A stretch of DNA of 62,550 bases, counting the filler. It is 7 parts of 7 records of this genome, joined end to end, with 100 filler letters (N's around TTAATTAATTAA, not from the genome) between each part and the next. Parts side by side here need not be neighbours in the genome. Positions count along the whole stretch, not along the records: positions 23,954 to 33,784 come from SRR20825019_2546; positions 33,885 to 44,415 come from SRR20825019_2551; 5 more parts are not named here. One strand, written 5' to 3'. Positions within the stretch are counted from its first letter, which is position 1, and the number at the start of each line of letters is the position of its first letter. A program made the translations under genes and the position numbers. Of this stretch, positions 23,954 through 34,029 are shown piece after piece. Below the pieces are notes generated by a model. The model was given only the letters and a program-made list of their open reading frames with translations. It had not been told where the DNA came from and did no database searches.

Positions 23954-24664
23954 CCCCTTGTGATATTCTTCGACCTCGACAACACCCTTTACCGATTTGA
24001 CAAGACAGTCATCGATCAGGGATGGATTAGGAGCACCATTGCTGCGGCGATGAAGGCCCTACCCGGTATGCCCTTGGAGGAGCTACAGGTGAAGTGCACC
24101 AACTACCACACCGTCATGGGTATGGTCCCCACCGGTCTAGCCCACGACCTCCCCCCTGGTACCTTCGACCCCATCCAGTTCGTAAAGGATTCCCACAAGT
24201 TTAGCTACGAGGGCGTGGTCCCATGCCCCCGCACCTCCGCCACCCTGAGCAGGCTGACCGCCACAGGCCACAATCTGTGGGTGTTTACCAACGGGGATAT
24301 GGGCCATGCCGAGACCATCCTCGACCTTATGGACCTGCGCACCCACTTCACTGAGGGGGAGGAGCTGAAGTGTGTAGACCTACTAAGGCAGTGGGAGGGA
24401 GTACCCATCCCCGAGATCTTTAATAAGCCATCACCTGCTGCATATGTTAAGGCGTTGGAGCTGTCCAATCAGTCCCACGTGGATCCTGCCAATTGTGTTA
24501 TGGTGGAGGATACCTACTCCAACCTTGCCGCCCCCGCTGCCATGGGTTGGAAGACCATCTGGCTCTCATATGGCCGTCCTGCTCCCACCAACTTCGAATT
24601 CACCCCCACTTGTGTTGTTGACTCCTTCGACAATCTTGAGGAGGCTGGATTTTTGTTCGAATGA
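23954..24664 (+). CDS. HAD-family pyrimidine 5'-nucleotidase (SDT1-like), 5' partial
   Basis: FFDLDNTLY, FTNGD, NKPS, MVEDT...NL. Confidence 0.85.
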   Translation, partial: PLVIFFDLDNTLYRFDKTVIDQGWIRSTIAAAMKALPGMPLEELQVKCTNYHTVMGMVPTGLAHDLPPGTFDPIQFVKDSHKFSYEGVVPCPRTSATLSRLTATGHNLWVFTNGDMGHAETILDLMDLRTHFTEGEELKCVDLLRQWEGVPIPEIFNKPSPAAYVKALELSNQSHVDPANCVMVEDTYSNLAAPAAMGWKTIWLSYGRPAPTNFEFTPTCVVDSFDNLEEAGFLFE

Positions 24665-24869
24665 GTTTAGTTGCGTTAAATTGTTAAAAAGCCCCGAAGT
24701 GATTAACCCATTGTTATATCATTAATTTTTGCTCCTACACACAAACTGTTATTCCGTTCCACATACTATAATATTGCCGTATGCTAATATTTTGATTTGA
24801 ATACATTCTCCATCCTTATCTCTTTCCGCCAAGTTACACACCAACAACAACAACAACAATACCATCACC

Positions 24870-26033
24870 ATGCCCGCCGATATCCCCAGTTTCTTCGCTG
24901 CCACCAAATTGTATGTGACTATGTCATGCTGGTGTTGTGCCCAGGGTGTTATCGACAGTGCCAACGTATCCCTCTTTGCGCGTTACTTTATGACCAACAC
25001 AGCCATCCGATCCCTCATCAGCAATTGCTTCATCATCAACTTCGTCCTGTTCCTCAGTTTGTACCTCATCTCAGAGTTAGTCAGCCCTTTACAGTCGACC
25101 GGCGCCTTTGCCGTCGTCATGGGCGGTCTATTCGGCGGTATGTGGGTGATTCCTATGTACGTCGTCACACAGATGTTGGGCGTAACTTGGTACGAACAAC
25201 TATTCGACGAGACACAGAAAGAACGATGTGCTCGGAGGAAGCGTCCTCCCCCACCCCCTCGGCCCTTCTCCTTTGTCGGTATTAGTGAGGTGCTGCTTAA
25301 GTCGGTGGTAACCCTTATATTCGGTATCCTTGCAGGCCTGGTGGCTTTGATTCCCATGCGGCTGGGAGGGCTCTTATTCGTCGATGTAGCAGTCGGCCCG
25401 ATGCTCTCACTGGCTATGGGCTGCTGGCTCAACTCGGTGTATTGCTTCGACTACCGGTTTAATCAAGTCGGTACTGTACACCCCCGAACCGGAAAGCTAG
25501 TGCCCATATCGCTGTCCTCCTCTTTGAAGTACTTTGAGCAGAAGTGGGCCTACTTCTTAGGGTTCAGCATGTGGCACATTGCTGTACGCACGGCCATGGA
25601 GTATGCAGGTATATTCCTGTTTGGTCGGCTGGCAATATGCTCGGCCCTATTCGCGGTCAACGTGGTACTTAGTGTCGACGCCAAGCCTACCCAACAGGGA
25701 GATAATGTGCTCCCCCAGCTGCCCATATTCCTACCCTTTTACCGACTGGTGGGGGATATCTTAAGACGAAATGGTAAGAAGGCTGAGGCCCCACATACGG
25801 CAATAATCGAAGAGGCACCACCAAAGGCCGAGGTGGCCAAGCCCAAGTCCCCTGTAGCGGCCCCCCAGCCAGTAAAGGAGGCAACCCCCAAGGTAGAATC
25901 CCTACCTGAACTCAAGCAAGAGGTCCCCCCACCTCAGGCAGCACCCCAGGCAATTGTTGAACCCGAAGACGTCGATCCCCCATCCGAGACCCTTTCCAAA
26001 TTTATTGATGAGGAGTATGTCCTGGTCGATTAG
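24870..26033 (+). CDS. EI24 (etoposide-induced 2.4) family membrane protein
   Basis: NCFIINF, WVIPMY, TWYE, SVYCFDYR, FEQKWAYFLGF. Confidence 0.8.
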   Translation: MPADIPSFFAATKLYVTMSCWCCAQGVIDSANVSLFARYFMTNTAIRSLISNCFIINFVLFLSLYLISELVSPLQSTGAFAVVMGGLFGGMWVIPMYVVTQMLGVTWYEQLFDETQKERCARRKRPPPPPRPFSFVGISEVLLKSVVTLIFGILAGLVALIPMRLGGLLFVDVAVGPMLSLAMGCWLNSVYCFDYRFNQVGTVHPRTGKLVPISLSSSLKYFEQKWAYFLGFSMWHIAVRTAMEYAGIFLFGRLAICSALFAVNVVLSVDAKPTQQGDNVLPQLPIFLPFYRLVGDILRRNGKKAEAPHTAIIEEAPPKAEVAKPKSPVAAPQPVKEATPKVESLPELKQEVPPPQAAPQAIVEPEDVDPPSETLSKFIDEEYVLVD

Positions 26034-26200
26034 GTCTACTACTTACCCTTATGCTTCTCAACGTAATTCAAACACTGAACCCTTACACACCCCAATTCCC
26101 AACTCCCCCACCTGCTCTGTGTCATATTGTGTACATAGTTTCATTTTACCTCCCCCTCATTCATTTCATTCAAGTTTCAACATTTTCAATTAAAGCTTTA

Positions 26201-26950
26201 ATGTCAAAAGGGTTCGTAGTAGCGATGTGCATGGTTGTGGCCGCACTGATGGTCGTCGGTGCGGACGCTACCTTCTTCAGAATGCAGTCCACCTCTCCTA
26301 CCTGCTTCGAGGAAAATGTGGGATACAAGAGCCTAGTCGTTGTGGTGGAGACGGATCGGCGACACGATAAGCATGGGGCGGCCGATTCCATCCCTGTTGT
26401 AATGGAGGTCACCAGTCCCCTGACCAAGACGGTGATTACCCATGCCAAGGTACCCGTAGGTGTAAATACCGTAGTCTTCAAGCCTATGGCCCAGGAGGTG
26501 GGTGTGTATAGCATTTGCTTCTACGACGCTAAGCGTGTGCTCCCCGGTGATGGGAGCATTGTCGTGGATGTTGGTATTAGTATTGACCACCACGACAGAC
26601 AAGTTATCGTTCCTAAGCCTGACCCTGAGCTGGTGAGGAAGAGGGTGCATGGTACCGACGAGGTCTTCACCTTTACTGACGAGTTTGGCCACAAGATGGA
26701 AACTCTCAAGTCAATGGAATTTATCGAACGGGTAACCGAACACCTTACCGAGGCGGACATCCTCCTTACCGAGCTGGTCTCCGCGATAGCATATTCTAAG
26801 CAGCGCTCCGAGCGATTCCGTCAAACCGTCGAGGCCACCTTCGACCGTATCTGGGTGGTTGCTCTCATCACCCTTGCCTGTATTGTGGGTGTGTCCTACG
26901 TTCAGTTTGTTGCCCTCTCCCGCTTCATCAAGAAGCGTAGGATGGTCTAG
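26201..26950 (+). CDS. emp24/gp25L/p24 (GOLD) cargo receptor
   Basis: Signal peptide, CFEE...YSICF GOLD cysteine pair, coiled coil, TM segment, FIKKRRMV tail. Confidence 0.85.
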   Translation: MSKGFVVAMCMVVAALMVVGADATFFRMQSTSPTCFEENVGYKSLVVVVETDRRHDKHGAADSIPVVMEVTSPLTKTVITHAKVPVGVNTVVFKPMAQEVGVYSICFYDAKRVLPGDGSIVVDVGISIDHHDRQVIVPKPDPELVRKRVHGTDEVFTFTDEFGHKMETLKSMEFIERVTEHLTEADILLTELVSAIAYSKQRSERFRQTVEATFDRIWVVALITLACIVGVSYVQFVALSRFIKKRRMV

Positions 26951-27069
26951 TACGATCCATCCCCACTGTATTACACCTTACTACATTTCTCTGTGCATTA
27001 CCTGTACTTATTACTGTCTCCTCCTTGTACTCACCTTGCTAACCTCTCCCTTAATTATTGTTGTGAGAG

Positions 27070-29493
27070 ATGAGCAGCCGCCATAACAAAAAGAACTTTA
27101 CAGGGGAAATCCCCTCCGTCCTGCCCGGCCTTGTAGATAAGGGCCTGGGTGGGTTCCTCGACGACGCCCTCCGTAAGTTGGTTATTGAGCATAAGGACGA
27201 TATCCACGAAATTGTCGATAGCATCATTGCCCAGACGGCACGGTCAACAGGGAAGGGTATGAAGGCGACTATGGGGGGAGGGGGTGCAACCACCACTGCC
27301 CCCAGTCGTAAGATGACCCCCACATCTGTGGACCTCCGCCACGACTGCCACACAGCTGCCAACACCCGCTCCATCATCGAACCCATGCACGAGAGGAAGG
27401 ACAGCGCCATCACTGTGGGTGCTCAGTTCACCGAGGCAGTGCAGGAGTGCAAGGAGGCCGTGGCGGCAATCATTGCCGGGTGTAAGCGTAAGAAGGTCCC
27501 ATTCTTCGACGAGTCCTTCTACTTTGATAAAGACGAAAACGTCATCCCCGCAGGATCCCCCGACGACTGCACCGTCGGTAAGCCCACCACCGCCATGCGA
27601 CTGAGCGAGCTCTTCAAAGACCTCGTACTATTCGCCGATGAAGTCTCAGCCGACGACATCGTCCAGGGGCAGGTGGGGGACTGCTTCCTCATCGGGGCCA
27701 TCAGTGCCCTGGCTGCTACCTTCCCCGAGCGTATCAAGACCCTCTTTGCCGCATACGATGTGGAGCTCGGCATCTACGGTGTCCTATTCTTCAAGTGCGG
27801 CAGCTGGGAGTGGGTCATTGTGGACGATCTCATCCCCGTCGGTGTGGAGAGGAGTGGCTTCAAATATCCCCTCTTTGCCAGCTCTTCAGGTGAGCGTAAG
27901 GAGCTATGGCCCCTTGTATTGGAGAAGGCATATGCCAAGATGCACTACAACTGGGATATGATAGATGGTGGATGGGCAAAGGAGGCATTGGTGGATATGA
28001 CGGGGGGATTGGAGTTTACCGCCGACTTCCACCGAGAGCACAAGGATATGTCCTTCGATAAATTCCATGAGCAGGTGGAGAACGAGCATACCGTGCTGGG
28101 CTGCGCAGTGGGAGATCATGTTGGCTCCGACGGTGGGGCACAAGGTAATGCAGGGGAGGCGGGGGCCCTATTTGGGCTGTTCCACGGCCATCAATACGCT
28201 GTCATCGAGTCTAAGGAAACTTCCGACGGAACAGGCTTCGTGCGAGTTCGCAACCCTTGGGGCAACGATGCGGAGTGGACAGGTCCATATGCCGATGGAG
28301 CAAAGGAGTGGATCGAGAACCCTGATCATACCCGTGAGCTTAATCCCGAGTTTAAGGACGACGGTGCCTTCTGGATCCGTTGGACCGACTTCAAGTATTA
28401 CCTATCGCTGGTGGATGTAGTACGTACCTTCTCGGATAAGTCCCAGACCCTGACAATCTACGGTAGTGCCATCTCCTACCGCAACCCCTCCAACACCTAT
28501 ATTCTTCAGGTGTGTGATACCCCCACCAAGATGGGTATCGCCCTGTGCCAGGACGATCCTAAGATGAAGTATGGCCGTATTGGGGACCACAAGGGGCAAT
28601 ATAAGAACTACGCCGCAATGAAACTGGAGGTGTACAAGCTCCGAGAGATCCCCAATAAATTCGAAGATATTGAGTCATGCCAACAAATGAGAATTTTGAG
28701 CCGTACTGGCCGAGACCGCTCTGTGCATACCGTCGATCACCTCGACCCCGGTCTGTACTGCATGGTGGCAATGCTGAAGACTGTAGACAAGGAGGAGCTG
28801 GGAATGTTCCTCCGCGTCATTGCTGCCGCCGATGCCGACTACTCCCTTTACAGGTGGTCTGACGGTGAGGCCAAGAGGCTCGTCATCGGGGACTGCCCCC
28901 TAATCGGAGAGGTGGGTGAGTTGGGTATCGAGGCTGCTGCTAGGACGTCTGCATCCTGCGAGGTTACCCCAAGGGATGCCATCGGTGGGTCTAGGTCATT
29001 GGATCGTAGTAACAGCATCACCCAAATCCAAGCCTCCAAGGCCGAGGTAGACAAGCTTAAGAAGGACCTGTTGGACAATGCCGACTATGTAAAGCAGTTG
29101 GAAACTCTAATTGCTAAGCAGCAGCGCCAAATCGACACCCTCCAAGTTCCACAGAAGACCAACGTACCTGCACCCACTGCCCCCGTCGCGCCCAAGCCCT
29201 CGGCCCCATCCAGCCCCTGGGGCCGTCTACGTATCTCCAAGGCCCGCTGGGATGAAATACTCGATATTGTCTTCCGTGAGGTGGGTATGGAGAACCCTAG
29301 CCTGTCCGCCGATGAGGCCCTCAACGGTGTCCGTCTCCTCGTCACCGCTGGGTGCGGTCTAGATGATGTGTGCGTCACACACCCATCGATGGAGGCAGCG
29401 GCCAGGAGAGGCTCCAATGGTCTCTCTAAGAGAGAGTTTGAGGGTCTATGCTCCGATGCCCTAATGAAGTGGAACGTCCTAGGGGGTTTGTAG
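27070..29493 (+). CDS. Calpain-family cysteine peptidase
   Basis: DIVQGQVGDCFL, LEKAYAK, HGHQY, RNPWG, DDGAFW. Confidence 0.93.
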   Translation: MSSRHNKKNFTGEIPSVLPGLVDKGLGGFLDDALRKLVIEHKDDIHEIVDSIIAQTARSTGKGMKATMGGGGATTTAPSRKMTPTSVDLRHDCHTAANTRSIIEPMHERKDSAITVGAQFTEAVQECKEAVAAIIAGCKRKKVPFFDESFYFDKDENVIPAGSPDDCTVGKPTTAMRLSELFKDLVLFADEVSADDIVQGQVGDCFLIGAISALAATFPERIKTLFAAYDVELGIYGVLFFKCGSWEWVIVDDLIPVGVERSGFKYPLFASSSGERKELWPLVLEKAYAKMHYNWDMIDGGWAKEALVDMTGGLEFTADFHREHKDMSFDKFHEQVENEHTVLGCAVGDHVGSDGGAQGNAGEAGALFGLFHGHQYAVIESKETSDGTGFVRVRNPWGNDAEWTGPYADGAKEWIENPDHTRELNPEFKDDGAFWIRWTDFKYYLSLVDVVRTFSDKSQTLTIYGSAISYRNPSNTYILQVCDTPTKMGIALCQDDPKMKYGRIGDHKGQYKNYAAMKLEVYKLREIPNKFEDIESCQQMRILSRTGRDRSVHTVDHLDPGLYCMVAMLKTVDKEELGMFLRVIAAADADYSLYRWSDGEAKRLVIGDCPLIGEVGELGIEAAARTSASCEVTPRDAIGGSRSLDRSNSITQIQASKAEVDKLKKDLLDNADYVKQLETLIAKQQRQIDTLQVPQKTNVPAPTAPVAPKPSAPSSPWGRLRISKARWDEILDIVFREVGMENPSLSADEALNGVRLLVTAGCGLDDVCVTHPSMEAAARRGSNGLSKREFEGLCSDALMKWNVLGGL

Positions 29494-29661
29494 AGTCCAT
29501 ACCTACCTACCCTATATTATTATTATTTATATACTGTACGCCGTCCTATGTATTACACATAAATATATTCCTGTCTGATATTGTTGATCGTTGTATTGGT
29601 ATGATAGACCTGAACTTGTGCTCTTCCTACCGCCACTTTATAAAGACCCCAACCAAGCATC

Positions 29662-30024
29662 ATGGCCGACGAGGAGGATATCGAGGTGACCGAGATCGCC
29701 AAGAAGCGCGAGCGTCCCCTTCGCAACATTAAGGTGTCCGAGTGTGATATGGACAAGAGCCTCCAGGCCGAGGTGGTCGAGATTACCCAGATAGTGCTCG
29801 ACGACGCCCTCGACTCAGTAATAGCCCACAAGGACATTGCCCACCGCATCAAGGTGCAACTGGACAAGACCAAGGGCGGCACCTGGCACGTCATTATCGG
29901 ATCCCACTTCGGTGGCAATGTTACCAACGATGCCTCCACCCTTATCAATTTCCAAGTTGATACCGTGTGGTACCTTGCCTTCCGATCAGGCCCCCCTGAG
30001 AAGGCCAACCCCCACAGCCAGTAG
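29662..30024 (+). CDS. Dynein light chain (LC8 family)
   Basis: KDIAHRIKVQLDK..GGTWHVIIGSHFG. Confidence 0.92.
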   Translation: MADEEDIEVTEIAKKRERPLRNIKVSECDMDKSLQAEVVEITQIVLDDALDSVIAHKDIAHRIKVQLDKTKGGTWHVIIGSHFGGNVTNDASTLINFQVDTVWYLAFRSGPPEKANPHSQ

Positions 30025-30176
30025 AGTCCACCATATGTACGATTGCCCATACGGCATACCCTTTACACAACATCATATTCACACATGTATCACATTGTTT
30101 TAGATTATTATTATTGTTCCTTTCAACGCCACTCGCTCCTCTCTTTCTTACCTCTCTATACAGCCACATACAAAGG

Positions 30177-32237
30177 ATGCCCGCCCCCAAGGTGACCGAC
30201 AAGAAGAAGTCCAAGAAACCCCTCACAGTGTACGACGAGGACGGTAACTGGACCACCCACCAGAACCAAGACTCCCTCCGCCAGACCGAGAATGCCACCT
30301 TTGTCAAGTACTACCGCGACATCCAGGGCCTCACCGGCGGTAACGTGGAGGCCTTCGACGACTTCCTTAAGATTCTCCGCACCCCCCTCGAGACCACCAT
30401 GTGGATCAACGACTGCGACCCCCTCGCCCCCTCCATCGAGGCTTACCTTAAGAGCCTTGGCCCCGAGCTGGCCTCTCCCATCCCATGGTTCCCTCATGCC
30501 GGTATGGGATGGCGTATCCACTGCGATAAGGTTGCCTTCCGCAAGGATGAGCGCTTCAAGGCCCTTCGTCAGTTCATGATCAACCAGACTGCTATGGGCA
30601 CCATTAGCCGCCAGGAGGAGGTCTCTATGATCCCCCCCTTCCTTCTCGACATCAAGAGCACCGATGCCTGCCTTGATATGTGCGCTAGCCCCGGCTCTAA
30701 GACTGCCCAGATGCTCGTCGAGCTTGGCCGCCAGAAGCGTTCTGACGGTATGTTCCCCTTCGACTACCTTAGCGACGGTTTCGTCATGGCCAACGAGCTG
30801 GATACCAAGCGTGCCAACATGCTTGTTCACCAGGTGAAGCGTATGCAGCCCCTTTTCCCCTTCGCCCTCTTCACCAACCACGATGCCCGGTACTTCCCCG
30901 AGCTTGGCGACCCAGAGGCTCCTCGTAAGTTTGACAAGATTCTTTGTGACGTTGTGTGCTCCGGCGATGGCACCATCCGTAAGTCCCCCTTCATCTTCAA
31001 GGTCTGGTCCCCCAAGGAGGCAATGAACCTCCAGAAGACCCAGATCCAGATTGCCCTCCGCGCCTGCCACCTCCTCAAGGTTGGGGGCCGCCTTGTGTAC
31101 TCCACCTGCACCTTCAACCCCATTGAGAATGAGGCCGCCGTGTCCCAGATCCTCAAGCGTACCGAGGGCAGCATGAAGTTGGTGGACGGCAGGTCGCTCC
31201 TTCCCCACCTCAAGTGTGCTCCCGGACTCACCACTTGGAAGGTTACCGACAACAAGGGTAACGTCGTCGAGCGCGATGCCGAGAACGTCCACGAGGCCCT
31301 TTTCCCCCTCGAGAACCCTCCCACCGATATGGACCTCACCAAGTGCATGAGGCTGATGCCCGAGCATTGCAACGGTGGTGGATTCTTCGTTGCTGTCTTC
31401 GACAAGGTCAAGGACTGGGAGCTGACCAAGAAGGACGAGACCACCGAGAACGTCACCAAGAAGCACCGCCCCGAGCGCGTTGCCCCCGTCGTTGATAAGG
31501 GCGATGCCGAGTCCGAGTCCGCCACCCCCGCCGTCCCCAAGGTACGCAAGGTTGCCCCCATGTACGTCAGCCCCTCCCCCGAGATGCTCGAGTGCATCCA
31601 TAAGTTCTACAAGCTACCCGAGTTCCCCATTGAGAACCTCGTCGTCAGGGCCCCCAATGGAGAGCGCGAGCTGCGTGTGGATCCCACCGCCAATGTATCA
31701 ATCGTTTCAAGCGAGGTGCTCCGTATTCTTAAGACCAAGTCCGATAAGGTGTGCATCGTCAGCGTTGGACTCAGAGCCCTTGCTTACGAGAACCTCACCA
31801 ATGGATGGCGTATCGTCTACGAGGCCATCCCGGCCTTTGAGCGCCACCTCATCAAGTGCTCTGACCGTGTCGTGACCATCCCCAAGTCTGTGCTGGTCGA
31901 TATGCTAGTAGGAGGTAAGCTCAAGCAGATGCTCCTACCCAACATTTCCGACCCCGCCATCCGCACTAAGTTCGAGGACCTCGAGATGGGTGCCATGCTA
32001 CTCCGTGTCTCCACCACCGAGTCCATTGACAAGGATGCAATCACCGTGTCGGCTATGGGCCTCCGCGCACGCAGCCGTATCCAGCTTCTGGTTGACCACG
32101 AGGAGATCGTCGGTCTTAAGCACCGTCTGGGTGTCACTGAGGAGGAGGTCGCATCCGCAGAGATCCGCTACAAGGCCCTTCTCGAGTCAGACAAGGCCTC
32201 AAGGGAAGCTGCCGAGGCCGAGGTTGCCAACAACTGA
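30177..32237 (+). CDS. TRM4: tRNA (cytosine-C5)-methyltransferase, NSUN2/Trm4
   Basis: RQEEVSMIPP, LDMCASPGSKT, CDVVCSGDGT, YSTCTFNPIENEA. Confidence 0.92.
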   Translation: MPAPKVTDKKKSKKPLTVYDEDGNWTTHQNQDSLRQTENATFVKYYRDIQGLTGGNVEAFDDFLKILRTPLETTMWINDCDPLAPSIEAYLKSLGPELASPIPWFPHAGMGWRIHCDKVAFRKDERFKALRQFMINQTAMGTISRQEEVSMIPPFLLDIKSTDACLDMCASPGSKTAQMLVELGRQKRSDGMFPFDYLSDGFVMANELDTKRANMLVHQVKRMQPLFPFALFTNHDARYFPELGDPEAPRKFDKILCDVVCSGDGTIRKSPFIFKVWSPKEAMNLQKTQIQIALRACHLLKVGGRLVYSTCTFNPIENEAAVSQILKRTEGSMKLVDGRSLLPHLKCAPGLTTWKVTDNKGNVVERDAENVHEALFPLENPPTDMDLTKCMRLMPEHCNGGGFFVAVFDKVKDWELTKKDETTENVTKKHRPERVAPVVDKGDAESESATPAVPKVRKVAPMYVSPSPEMLECIHKFYKLPEFPIENLVVRAPNGERELRVDPTANVSIVSSEVLRILKTKSDKVCIVSVGLRALAYENLTNGWRIVYEAIPAFERHLIKCSDRVVTIPKSVLVDMLVGGKLKQMLLPNISDPAIRTKFEDLEMGAMLLRVSTTESIDKDAITVSAMGLRARSRIQLLVDHEEIVGLKHRLGVTEEEVASAEIRYKALLESDKASREAAEAEVANN

Positions 32238-32360
32238 AACACTAAGTCCGCTAACCGTGTGGCGCATCTCTAATACCCCATAACTACTAATCTATGCGAT
32301 TAATCTTTCACAATACCTTTTATTGACTGTATATGTTCTATTTAGTGTGATCTTTATATT

Positions 32361-32381
32361 TCCCTTCTTTTCTCTTTTTAG
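32361..32381 (+). promoter_or_regulatory. Polypyrimidine tract plus AG (putative trans-splice acceptor)
   Basis: TCCCTTCTTTTCTCTTTTTAG 17 nt before the aminotransferase ATG; similar tracts at 30134-30163 and upstream of the Rab gene. Confidence 0.6.
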
Positions 32382-32398
32382 AAGTTCCTCAAAGAAAT

Positions 32399-33637
32399 AT
32401 GTCCGAGTGGAAGGTTTTCGACGCCTCCCGTCAGGCCCAGAACACCTCCAACCCCATCAGGAAAATCGTTGACCAGATGAAGGGCGAGTCCAAGTGCACC
32501 AAGCCTATGATCAGCCTCTCCATTGGCGACCCCACCACCGATGGTAACCTCCTCCCCCCCATCAACGCCGAGGAGACCATTATCGCTAACATTAAGACCC
32601 GCAGGTTCAACGGATACCCTCCCAGCGTCGGATACCCCGCTGCCCGCGAGGCCGTCTCCAAGCACTGGATCCGTAACTTCGCTAGCAACGGTACCACCCA
32701 CGGTATCACTGCCGATAAGGTCGTCCTTGCCTCCGGCGCCAGCCACTCCCTCCTAATGGCCATCACCGCCATCTGCAACCCCGGCGATGCCATCCTCATC
32801 CCCGCCCCCTGCTTCTCCCTGTACGGCACCATCTGCGACAGCTACGGCATCAAGGTGAAGCACTACAAGTGCCTGCCCGACAGCGACTGGGAGATCGACC
32901 TCCAGGACCTCAAGGCCCAGGTTACCCCCGACGTCAAGGCCATCCTCATCAACAACCCCTCCAACCCCTGCGGCTCCAACTTCCAGAAGCAGCACGTCCT
33001 GGACATCATTGCCGCCGCCGATGCCGCCAAGCTGCCCATCATCTCCGACGAGATCTACGCCGGCCTTGTCTTCACCGGTAACGTGTTCACCTCCGTTGCC
33101 GACATCGACACCGACGTCCCCCGTATCGTGGTCGGTGGCCTTGCCAAGAACTACGTTGTCCCTGGATGGCGCCTCGGATGGACCATCACCGTCGACCCCA
33201 AGGGTTACCTGGCCAACGTCCAGGCCGGTATTGTTGCCCTCAGCACCCTGCTTGTGGGCCCCAACTCCCTTATCCAGTCCGCCATGGATGACATCCTTAA
33301 CAACACCGACGCCTCCTACGCCGTCGACCTCGCTAAGGCCCTCGAGGAGAGCGCCAAGATCGCCTACACCATCTTCCAGTCCTGTGTTGGCCTTGCCCCC
33401 ACCACCCCCCAGGGTGCCATGTACCTCATGGTCCGTGTTGATGTTGCCAAGCTCAAGGGCATCTCCAACGGAATCGAGTTCGCTAAGAAGCTCCAGGAGG
33501 AGCAGAACGTGCAGGTCCTACCCGGAGAGATCTTCGAGTGTCCCGGATTCTTCCGCATTGTTGTGTCCAAGGATGCCGCCACTATTACCGATGCCTCCAA
33601 CCGCATCAAGGAGTTCTGCGAGGCCAACAAGCTATAA
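32399..33637 (+). CDS. TAT: Tyrosine aminotransferase (class I PLP)
   Basis: NPIR, LSIGDPT, NNPSNPCG, SDEIY, GLAKNYVVPGWRLGW; resembles trypanosomatid TAT. Confidence 0.92.
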   Translation: MSEWKVFDASRQAQNTSNPIRKIVDQMKGESKCTKPMISLSIGDPTTDGNLLPPINAEETIIANIKTRRFNGYPPSVGYPAAREAVSKHWIRNFASNGTTHGITADKVVLASGASHSLLMAITAICNPGDAILIPAPCFSLYGTICDSYGIKVKHYKCLPDSDWEIDLQDLKAQVTPDVKAILINNPSNPCGSNFQKQHVLDIIAAADAAKLPIISDEIYAGLVFTGNVFTSVADIDTDVPRIVVGGLAKNYVVPGWRLGWTITVDPKGYLANVQAGIVALSTLLVGPNSLIQSAMDDILNNTDASYAVDLAKALEESAKIAYTIFQSCVGLAPTTPQGAMYLMVRVDVAKLKGISNGIEFAKKLQEEQNVQVLPGEIFECPGFFRIVVSKDAATITDASNRIKEFCEANKL

Positions 33638-33784
33638 CTATAATATTGATAGTGCGTTACATCTTACCAGATAGTTCAATTTAGTTTCATGTTTTATTTA
33701 TTGTTTATTTTATCGATTGCATCCTTCCCCTTTAAAATATGTGAAGAGCATACTAATGGCTGTTAAGCGCGAGTACCTCCCCTG

Positions 33785-33884
33785 NNNNNNNNNNNNNNNN
33801 NNNNNNNNNNNNNNNNNNNNNNNNNNNNTTAATTAATTAANNNNNNNNNNNNNNNNNNNNNNNNNNNNNNNNNNNNNNNNNNNN
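33785..33884. other. Artificial contig spacer
   Basis: N44-TTAATTAATTAA-N44. Confidence 0.99.
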
Positions 33885-34029
33885 CTCGGCCCCCGCTCGG
33901 CCTCGCGCGCCCACCCCCCCGGGGCCGTGAAGCCGCCTCGCCGGGCCCTCGGCCAGTGGTGCGGCCGACTCGGCCCTACAACCATATACAAGTAGTGCTC
34001 AGTATGCACGGAAGGAACGACCCAAGTGC

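Noticed and set aside
30156-31601. 481-aa minus-strand ORF
   Set aside because: Antisense to the strongly codon-biased TRM4 gene
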